Shown here one piece after another: positions 53,490 to 61,120 of a stretch of 64,000 nt of DNA. The notes below the pieces were generated by a model. That model had not been told where the DNA came from, searched no databases, and saw only the letters and a list, made by a program, of their open reading frames with translations. The first letter of the stretch is position 1, and every line of letters starts with the position of its first letter. The translations under genes were made by a program, and so were the position numbers. Source of the stretch: an uncultured Candidatus Peribacteria bacterium (GTDB lineage: Bacteria; Patescibacteriota; Gracilibacteria; UBA1369; UBA12473); the NCBI GenBank assembly GCA_964491515.1, contig CAZBGQ010000004.1:18326-82325 (forward strand). Reading direction: 5' to 3'.

Positions 53490-54866
53490 ATGAAATCTTA
53501 TCTGAAAATTCTGGATCAAAACAACCTCTCTCTATTCCTTCTTGTTTTGTCTGACTTGTTTTGGGGCGGATCCGCTTTCATTGTGGCGTATTACATCAGG
53601 AATAATCTTCTCGGAGCTAGTATCCAGCCTTTTCCAGAATACCTTCAAGCAATGCCGGTAGTGGCGATTATTTTAGTGGGAACTTTTTATTCCTTTGGTC
53701 TTTATGAGCGGCGGCAAAGAACCACTCAAATCAGTGAACTCTACAACCTATTTAGAGCGATAACATTTGTCTGGTTATTCATTATGGCCGCCTCGTTTCT
53801 TTATAAGTACGATTACTCTCGAATATTTGTAGTGATGTTTTATGCGCTTGGCATTGTTTTTATTAATTTCGGACGATACATAATTCGAAGTATTTATCGT
53901 GGTCTTCATAAAAGAGGAGTTAGTGTGACCAGGGTACTTATTATAGGTGCAGGGAAACCTGGAAAGCAGGTGGCAGAAAAACTAAAAGATTATGACGAAT
54001 TTGGTTATAGAGTCCTTGGTTTTGTTGATGATCATGCAAAGGGGAAGGGGAGCACGCAGATCCTGGGGAAATTGGACGATCTCATTGCTTTGATTAAACG
54101 CCATAACATCCAGGAAATTTTTGTAACCGATCCCAGTATTTCTCATGAGCGGATTTTAGAATTAATTCATCACTGTGAGCAGTCCAATGTGAAGTTTAAG
54201 GTGGTGTCTGATTTATTTGAAATAGTGGCTGGAGATATTGATCTCAATGAACTGGAGGGGCTGCCAAGTTTGGATTTACGCAAACATGAAACGCGGATTT
54301 TTTATCACGTGTTTAAGCGTTGTGCCGATATGGGTTTTTCTATTGTGATACTTATATTATTTTCTCCATTTTGGCTGTTGATCGTTCTAGCCATTCGTCT
54401 CGAATCTCCGGGGAAAGCTTTGTTTAGCCAGGATCGTGTGGGGAAGAATGGGAAGGTGTTTACCATCTATAAATTCAGAACCATGCGTCATGAGGTGAAT
54501 CCAAATGATTTCGCTCCCACAGATAAAAAGGACACCCGGATCACGAGAATTGGGAGATTCCTGCGAAAGACCAGTCTCGATGAATTCCCTCAGTTTTGGA
54601 ATGTAATAAAGGGAAATATGTCAGTCGTGGGGCCACGCCCGGAAATGCCATTTATTGTAGAAACATATAAAGAATGGCAGCGAAGACGACTTGATGCTAA
54701 GCCGGGAATAACTGGATTGTGGCAAATTTTAGGGAGGAAAGACCTCCCGCTTCATGAAAATATCGAGTATGATTTCTACTACATTAAGAATCAATCACTT
54801 CTTTTGGATCTTGTTATCTTAATTAAAACAGTTGCCGCGGTTTTCCGAGGTAAAGGTGCCTACTAA
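53490..54866 (+). CDS. Initiating polyprenyl-phosphate hexose-1-phosphate transferase (WbaP/bacterial sugar transferase family)
   Basis: N-terminal TM helices plus a Rossmann-like linker (VLIIGAGKPG), then KRCADMGFSIVILILFSPFWLLI...GKVFTIYKFRTM...DEFPQFWNVIKGNMSVVGPRPE. Confidence 0.9.
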   Translation: MKSYLKILDQNNLSLFLLVLSDLFWGGSAFIVAYYIRNNLLGASIQPFPEYLQAMPVVAIILVGTFYSFGLYERRQRTTQISELYNLFRAITFVWLFIMAASFLYKYDYSRIFVVMFYALGIVFINFGRYIIRSIYRGLHKRGVSVTRVLIIGAGKPGKQVAEKLKDYDEFGYRVLGFVDDHAKGKGSTQILGKLDDLIALIKRHNIQEIFVTDPSISHERILELIHHCEQSNVKFKVVSDLFEIVAGDIDLNELEGLPSLDLRKHETRIFYHVFKRCADMGFSIVILILFSPFWLLIVLAIRLESPGKALFSQDRVGKNGKVFTIYKFRTMRHEVNPNDFAPTDKKDTRITRIGRFLRKTSLDEFPQFWNVIKGNMSVVGPRPEMPFIVETYKEWQRRRLDAKPGITGLWQILGRKDLPLHENIEYDFYYIKNQSLLLDLVILIKTVAAVFRGKGAY

Positions 54867-54867
54867 T

Positions 54868-56949
54868 ATGAAATCAAAAATATCCATTCAGGATCTTATT
54901 CGCTGGTGTATCTATGCATTGGTGGTGTTCGTGCCCGCGGTCTATCACACAGGGTTTGATTCCGCATTCACGCTTCCCAAGCTCACACTTATTCGTGTTG
55001 TGACCTTGATAATTATTGGGTTGTGGGGCGTTCAGATTTTTGCGCAGGGTCATGTTCGAGTGCGGCGATCTCCTCTTAATAAATGGCTGATTGGGTATGG
55101 TCTCGTCTCGGCGCTTACAACGCTATTTTCTACTTATTTCTGGGTGAGTTTTTTTGGGGATCAGGGGCGATTTATTGGGTTGATGACATGGGTGAACCTA
55201 TTGTTTTTGATCTTTGTAGTCATCACCTTTTTCCAAAATAAGCGGGATATTCAGACTTACCTTAGATTATCTGTGTGGACAGCAATTATTTTATCTATTT
55301 ATGGGTTGCTTCAGTTTAAAGGGATTGTGGGAGCAGAAGGGTGGGATCACGATCCTACATTGCGCATATTTGGGACACTGGGACACAGTAACCATTTTGG
55401 TGCATATATTACCTTTCACATAATGTTGCTTGTGGGGATGTGGTTCAATGCCAGGACCGTTAGTAGGAAGTGGCTTTATGGCATTGCCGTGTTGCCTATG
55501 GTTACAACCATTTTTGCCACTGCTAGTAGGGGTGCCTTTTTCTCATTGGTAGCCGCAGTTTTTGTTTTTACTTGTGCGATTGCCTTTCAACACCGGAAAT
55601 GGATTCATAAGAAGCGGAAACAGTGGATAACCGTTTTTGTGATTGCCATAGTTGCGATCGGGATATTTAACAAGCCGCTCATTAATCGGTTTGAGAATTT
55701 AAGTTTAACTCAGCGAACAGTCTCCACGATGCAGTTCATTAAAGAAGGGAATGTTCCGGATCGTGTGAGTTGGTGGTACAGCGCATTGGCCATGACACGG
55801 GATAATCCGGTTTTTGGGCATGGCCTTTCAACCTTTCGAGATGTTTACAATTCATATCGGCGTACTGATTATCGCGTTCCCGGAGATATACAAGACACGT
55901 TTTCTCCCGAAACCGCACACATGGAATATCTGCACATTGCAGCCACGCAAGGATTGGCTGGTCTCTTTTTCTATCTAGGATTGATTTTTTGTTGGGCTTC
56001 ATTTCTGTTTAAGGTAATGCGTGATCCTGATGTGGGAGGGGCTAAAAAAATAACCGCTCTTTCATTATTTTCTGCCGGCATTGTTTATTTGGTTCAAGTC
56101 CTAATGAGTTTTGGTGTGATTGGAACCTTACTCCCGTTTGTCTTAATGATCGGTGTTTCTGCAAGTTTATATCACATGGAATCGGATCCACTTCCTCAAT
56201 CTAAGCAGTTTAAGACACTCCACTTAGTTCGTGGTAGGAAGGCGGCTTTTGTATTGGTAGTGCTTACATTTGTGGCATTTAGTGCTTGGTTTACATTACG
56301 TCAGGCTAAGGCTGAGTTTCAATTGAGGCAAGGTGACATTGCAAAAAGCCAAGGAGAAGTAGCGTTGATGTTGGATCATTACAAAGAAGCCACACACACC
56401 ATGCCTTGGATGTATGAGTACTGGCAAAGATTAGGGGAAGGAGCTTTCTATTTTGGAACATACGACAATGATGATCTTGATATTCTAGAAATCCTGATTG
56501 AAACATCTGTTGATGCGTATGAACAGGCATATAAACGCATGAGAACCATGCCTTCTATTCAAGGAAATTTGGCGCTTTCGATTACTGTATATGCGGATAT
56601 TTTGGAGGCAAAAGGCCAAACAGTGGGGTTGGAAGAACTTAGGGAGCGTAGCCTCGAACTTTATCGTGAAGCCATTGATGTGGCGGTTAATAACCCTATT
56701 TTCCCTTATACCTATGGGAAGTTGCTCCGCTCGCACAATCGCCTCGATGAGGCGCGTAATACATTTCTCTATGTGCTTGAGTTGCGCGACCCTTACCAAG
56801 ACACGTACACACAGTTGGCGACCATCGAAACTGATCAAAAGAATTACGAACAAGCCCGCACGTACATCCAGCAAGGTCTTCGTGTGACCCCGGGTGATGA
56901 GAATTTGAAAGCAATTCAGCAACGAGTGAATGGGGAATCAAGCTCATAA
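54868..56949 (+). CDS. O-antigen ligase/polymerase-like (Wzy_C) membrane protein with C-terminal TPR repeats
   Basis: About 11 TM helices, with GTLGHSNHFGAY, TASRGAFFS and TAHMEYLHIAATQGLAGL (Wzy_C loop). C-terminal TPR-like helices of about 230 aa (YEQARTYIQQGLRVTPGDENL). Confidence 0.8.
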   Translation: MKSKISIQDLIRWCIYALVVFVPAVYHTGFDSAFTLPKLTLIRVVTLIIIGLWGVQIFAQGHVRVRRSPLNKWLIGYGLVSALTTLFSTYFWVSFFGDQGRFIGLMTWVNLLFLIFVVITFFQNKRDIQTYLRLSVWTAIILSIYGLLQFKGIVGAEGWDHDPTLRIFGTLGHSNHFGAYITFHIMLLVGMWFNARTVSRKWLYGIAVLPMVTTIFATASRGAFFSLVAAVFVFTCAIAFQHRKWIHKKRKQWITVFVIAIVAIGIFNKPLINRFENLSLTQRTVSTMQFIKEGNVPDRVSWWYSALAMTRDNPVFGHGLSTFRDVYNSYRRTDYRVPGDIQDTFSPETAHMEYLHIAATQGLAGLFFYLGLIFCWASFLFKVMRDPDVGGAKKITALSLFSAGIVYLVQVLMSFGVIGTLLPFVLMIGVSASLYHMESDPLPQSKQFKTLHLVRGRKAAFVLVVLTFVAFSAWFTLRQAKAEFQLRQGDIAKSQGEVALMLDHYKEATHTMPWMYEYWQRLGEGAFYFGTYDNDDLDILEILIETSVDAYEQAYKRMRTMPSIQGNLALSITVYADILEAKGQTVGLEELRERSLELYREAIDVAVNNPIFPYTYGKLLRSHNRLDEARNTFLYVLELRDPYQDTYTQLATIETDQKNYEQARTYIQQGLRVTPGDENLKAIQQRVNGESSS

Positions 56950-57732
56950 TTCCTTTGCGCGATCGTAGTTCGCCTTCATTGCATCCTTGAATATTGTTTT
57001 TAAGTCAGCTTTATCAAACGTTTGGATGGCTCGTTCGGTGGTTCCGCCTTTGGAGGTGACATTCGCCCGAAGTTGCTTTAACTCGTCGAGAGAATGAACT
57101 CCTTGTGCCATCGCGGCTCCCCCCATCACTGTTTGAATGGCAAGGATGAGTGCTTGTTGTCCATCCAGTCCTAACGCTTCCCCCCCTTCGATTAAGGCTT
57201 CTAAAAAATAGAAAACATAAGCCGGTCCACTGCCTGAAAGTGGAGTCACTTTATCAATGGTTTCTTCGTCAGCAACTTCTATTTCCATGCCGAATGAAGA
57301 AAACATGGCGCTCATAAGATCCCGTTGTTTTTTGCTCACGGATTCAGAGGCAAACCAAGCGGACACCCCTTCCCCAACAGTAATGGGAGTATTGGGCATG
57401 ACGCGTACGACCGAGTCACAGTCAGCGCCTTTTTGTAGGCGTTCGACCGAAACACCGGCTGCAATAGAAACAAGCAATGAGCCTTTGACCATGCGTCCAT
57501 ATAAGGCTGCCAAGACAGGATTAAGGTCTTGAGGTTTTACAGCGACAAGCACAACTGTTTCTTCATCAATGAATCCTTCTTCTATAGAATCCACTAGAGT
57601 AACTCCTTCTAATTCATGGGATTTTTCGCTGGATCGATCATACACTTCAATATCATCAAAAAGGGCATCGCTCGATAATGCATTAACAATCGCTGAGCCC
57701 ATATTTCCGCACCCGATGAGAAAAAGTTTCAT
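56944..57732 (-). CDS. proC: Pyrroline-5-carboxylate reductase
   Basis: MKLFLIGCGNMGSAI, VRVMPNTP, and SGSGPAYVFYFLEAL...VTSKGGTT. Confidence 0.9.
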   Translation of the reverse strand: MKLFLIGCGNMGSAIVNALSSDALFDDIEVYDRSSEKSHELEGVTLVDSIEEGFIDEETVVLVAVKPQDLNPVLAALYGRMVKGSLLVSIAAGVSVERLQKGADCDSVVRVMPNTPITVGEGVSAWFASESVSKKQRDLMSAMFSSFGMEIEVADEETIDKVTPLSGSGPAYVFYFLEALIEGGEALGLDGQQALILAIQTVMGGAAMAQGVHSLDELKQLRANVTSKGGTTERAIQTFDKADLKTIFKDAMKANYDRAKEL

Positions 57733-57750
57733 GATTCTATGGTCGTCATT

Positions 57751-58725
57751 TTACTTCACGCCTTCAGCTTTTAATGCGGCTTCTAGTGCTGCAATGGCTA
57801 CCTCTTCCATGTCGTCGTCTGGTTTTTTGGTGGTGATTTTTTGAAGCCATAATCCAGGCACAGTGACCCAATGCATCCACCATTTAGTTTCATATTTTGC
57901 GCTTATTTTAAGCACCTCATAGGAAAGTCCGGCAATTAAGGGAAGCGCCGCAACGCGTTCAAGTAGTTTAATTTCAAATGAAGCATGGCTCGGCAGAAAG
58001 GTGTAAATAATCACACTTAGCAGTAGCACTAAAACAATAAAACTAGTTCCACAACGTGGATGTTCGGGGTGTTCTTTTTGTGCATTCTTAACGGTAAGTG
58101 CTTTCCCTTTCTCATATGCCCAGATGGCTTGGTGCTCCGCCCCATGATAGGCAAAAACCCGTTTGATATCTGGCAAGAGTGAGATCAAAAATATATAAGT
58201 TAAAAACACAACCACTTTTGTCATTCCATCAATTAGATTAAATAAAATGTAGTGGTCAGAAACCAGCGGAGACCATTGTTCTATTTGGGATGCCATGAAA
58301 AGCGGAACAAATTTAAACAAGAAAATCGCAAAGGCAAATATAAACACAAAGTAAGCCGCCATGCCTACTCCTTTAAAAATTGTTTTCCAGAGCGGATCTT
58401 TGAGAGTTTTCTCTTTCTTCTTTTTCTTGTCACCCTTTTTTTCTGTTTCCTCCCGATCAATGTCCTCCATCATAATTTTGTTGGAAAACATAAGCGCATT
58501 CATTCCGAGTAGGAGAGATTCGTACAAGACGGCAATTCCACGCAATAAAGGCCATTTCCAAAACCATGTTCGCTGCGTTAGGCTAATATATTTTCGTGAT
58601 TCTACTTCAATCTTTTTGTTTGAGCGTCGTACCGCCATTGAGTAATAGCGTGGAGATCGCATCATCACGCCTTCAATAATGGCTTGGCCACCAATTCCTA
58701 TTTTTTTGGGAGTTTTTTTAGGCAT
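57751..58725 (-). CDS. DUF1385 (YqhQ-like) membrane protein
   Basis: IGGQAIIEGVMMRSP...AYHGAEHQAI...HPRCGTSF are the conserved DUF1385 motifs. Confidence 0.8.
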   Translation of the reverse strand: MPKKTPKKIGIGGQAIIEGVMMRSPRYYSMAVRRSNKKIEVESRKYISLTQRTWFWKWPLLRGIAVLYESLLLGMNALMFSNKIMMEDIDREETEKKGDKKKKKEKTLKDPLWKTIFKGVGMAAYFVFIFAFAIFLFKFVPLFMASQIEQWSPLVSDHYILFNLIDGMTKVVVFLTYIFLISLLPDIKRVFAYHGAEHQAIWAYEKGKALTVKNAQKEHPEHPRCGTSFIVLVLLLSVIIYTFLPSHASFEIKLLERVAALPLIAGLSYEVLKISAKYETKWWMHWVTVPGLWLQKITTKKPDDDMEEVAIAALEAALKAEGVK

Positions 58726-58849
58726 CGCATACTACATTACACCAATCCAATCACACTTCCAAACCGACCTGCGCCTGGATTATTGACGCGTTATTTTATG
58801 CTTCCGGGGTTAGCTCTTTTGCCAGCCTTGATAGAGGGGTAATCACTAT

Positions 58850-59707
58850 TTAGCCTAGCAATTCTTGAATGGTGTAAGGGAGCCGATGCGCTAAATCAGT
58901 GGCATTGAATGCGTGTGCTTTTTGGAGGGCAAGTTCATCTCCTGCCGTTCCTACAATAAAAGCACCTAGGCGAGCACCGTCATACGGAGATAAGCCGCCA
59001 GCCAGGAGGCGACCAATCAATCCTGCTAAGACATCTCCGGTACCTCCGGACGTCAGCCCCGCATTGCCAGTTTGATTGATGCAGTAATCCCCGTTTTTGG
59101 GAGCAGCAATCACATCAGTCGGCCCTTTAAGTGAAATCGCGACATTGAACTCTCGTGCTAATTTTTTCACCATATTCACGCGTTCAATCAGTAAAATGGG
59201 TAGGCGTTTATTGAAGATAGTAAAAAATTCTTCTGCATGAGGCGTGATCACAATTTGGGAATTGTCCCGCAAAGACTGTGACGAAATAACCTGCGCTATT
59301 GCAGTATCAAGAACCATTGGAGAGTGAATTTTTTTAATCAATGCGTTCACCGCTTCTAATGTGGCGGCGGCGGTTCCCATGCCCGGGCCCATGATGACGC
59401 AGTCCTGTTCAATGGCCGTAGCGGTAACTATTTCAACGCCACGTGCATCCAATCGTTCTCCCGGAAATGATTTCACAATAAAGTCCGGATAGTAACTTCG
59501 GCTTACCTCGAAATTGCATTCCGGAACCATTAAGGTCACTAAATCCGCCCCCCCAAAGAGCGCTCCCATGGCTGTCAAAATTGGCGCACCATAATAGTCA
59601 ATGCTCCCGCCCACAATCAACACGCGCCCATTGTCACCCTTGTGAGAATCCTTATCAGGAACAGGATACAACTCACGCACCTCCGATTTTTTAACTTCGG
59701 TGAGCAT
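58850..59707 (-). CDS. nnrD: ADP-dependent NAD(P)H-hydrate dehydratase (YjeF C-terminal domain type)
   Basis: DSHKGDNGRVLIVGGS..YYGAPILTAMGA...GNAGLTSGGTGDVLAG. Start taken at MLTEVKK. Confidence 0.85.
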   Translation of the reverse strand: MLTEVKKSEVRELYPVPDKDSHKGDNGRVLIVGGSIDYYGAPILTAMGALFGGADLVTLMVPECNFEVSRSYYPDFIVKSFPGERLDARGVEIVTATAIEQDCVIMGPGMGTAAATLEAVNALIKKIHSPMVLDTAIAQVISSQSLRDNSQIVITPHAEEFFTIFNKRLPILLIERVNMVKKLAREFNVAISLKGPTDVIAAPKNGDYCINQTGNAGLTSGGTGDVLAGLIGRLLAGGLSPYDGARLGAFIVGTAGDELALQKAHAFNATDLAHRLPYTIQELLG

Positions 59708-59832
59708 GATGAAACATGTTAGGAACCCTCTGATGATCCTAATTATACACCTTTTGGGGCTCATTTGGGAATGAGCTAATCCAAATTTTTGGGGTCGTCC
59801 TGTATTCAGGAGTGATTAAACCTTGTTAAGGG

Positions 59833-59861
59833 TTGACAAAAACAGGTATAAATGTTAAATT
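59833..59861 (+). promoter_or_regulatory. Sigma70-like promoter ahead of the orphan gene, followed by a GGAGG ribosome-binding site
   Basis: TTGACA (59833-59838), a 16-17-nt spacer, then TTAAAT/TAAATT (59855-59861). GGAGG lies at 59880-59884, 3 nt before the ATG at 59888. Confidence 0.5.
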
Positions 59862-59887
59862 AATCGCCTTTCTTTAATCCGGAGGCA

Positions 59888-61120
59888 ATGCTCTCTCATT
59901 TCGAAACCGGTGGTGCTTTAGCTGCACAAGTCAGCACCCCTCTCTCCGAGGTAGCTCTGCTCAAGCGAATGCTCGAAGGAGGAGGATTAGGAATAGAGCC
60001 TATATCTGACTCTCCTATCCCAGGGTTAGTCTGTCATCAAATAAAAAATGGAGGCGGAGAACCGTTTCCGAGAATTGAACTGGCCACTATGCTCGATCGA
60101 GTTGTGGGCGCATTGTGTCGGTTCGATGAAACACGTCATTTATTTGTGCTTCGAGATCCTAAAACTGATTCAGGAGGAGTGGCCGATGCCATTCGCACGC
60201 TCCATAAAGGGCGACATGCACTAGAATTAAATAATGGTGGAGTGGAATGGGTTCAAAGTGAAGTACGTCAGCGCTTAAGGACACTCACAGAAACCACCCC
60301 GGCCCTCCAGGCCGGCCCCTCAGAACCACCTATATTCACCGTTGGGCAATGGAGTAACGAACGTATTCAAACTTTGGCCAGCCAAGATGACTCTTATGAA
60401 AAAGCAATTTGGCGCAGTCGAGGACAACGTTTAGGCTGGACTATTTTCCCGAATGGACGAGCCTCCATCCCTGACGACGAAGGATTGGTCATGATGTTTC
60501 CTGGAGATATTTCCGATGCGAAGGCACCTGTCAAAGAGTTTCTTTCATGGTCGGAACTGGGATTCATCGCACCTGATGATTTTATTTTTCTTGAGAAAAA
60601 TCCTAGAGTGCGGGGTCGTTTAGCTCGAAATTCTCTGTACAGTGATATTCCGATTGTAGGGAGAACCTTTGGGCAAACTGGTTATAAGACAGGTAAAAAG
60701 CCTAGTACACGTGTTATTTCTGAAGCTCGAAATAAAGGCCGGGCTTATTCCGTACTTAGCTTTGATCCAAATAATAATTTGTCGCGAAGTTTCATCGATG
60801 AAATTGGGTGGGTTCTAAGGTATGGAAAGATTGGAAAGGAGGCATGGGTTGGTGTGAATTTTTCAGCCGATCGGGTCGATGTGAAGAAAATCCCTCTTTA
60901 CGAAGAAATGGCTGGGGGAAGCTTAGCTGAAATGTTTCATGGAAATATAGACGCATTGCGTGAAGCAGCGATTCGAAACGTCATTCCTTCAGTGATTCCT
61001 GCGGGAATGGGTGAGGTTTCTCAGCACACTCTATCCGGAAGTTATCAGGGAAATAGTGGCAATACGCGCATGTTTTACGCCATGCATCATTTAACAAGTA
61101 ATCCATATAAATGGAGGTAA
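59888..61120 (+). CDS. Hypothetical protein, 410 aa, no recognisable domain
   Basis: Clean ORF with its own promoter and SD. The stop region overlaps the start of the downstream helicase gene by 10 nt. Confidence 0.65.
   Translation: MLSHFETGGALAAQVSTPLSEVALLKRMLEGGGLGIEPISDSPIPGLVCHQIKNGGGEPFPRIELATMLDRVVGALCRFDETRHLFVLRDPKTDSGGVADAIRTLHKGRHALELNNGGVEWVQSEVRQRLRTLTETTPALQAGPSEPPIFTVGQWSNERIQTLASQDDSYEKAIWRSRGQRLGWTIFPNGRASIPDDEGLVMMFPGDISDAKAPVKEFLSWSELGFIAPDDFIFLEKNPRVRGRLARNSLYSDIPIVGRTFGQTGYKTGKKPSTRVISEARNKGRAYSVLSFDPNNNLSRSFIDEIGWVLRYGKIGKEAWVGVNFSADRVDVKKIPLYEEMAGGSLAEMFHGNIDALREAAIRNVIPSVIPAGMGEVSQHTLSGSYQGNSGNTRMFYAMHHLTSNPYKWR

Noticed and set aside
57180-57186. C7/G7 homopolymer runs in proC (57180-57186) and nnrD (59548-59554), considered as phase-variation sites
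   Set aside because: These are housekeeping genes. The runs arise from GGG GGG Gly-Gly codons. I use them as an internal control that weakens the phase-variation reading of the G7/G8 runs in glycan genes.
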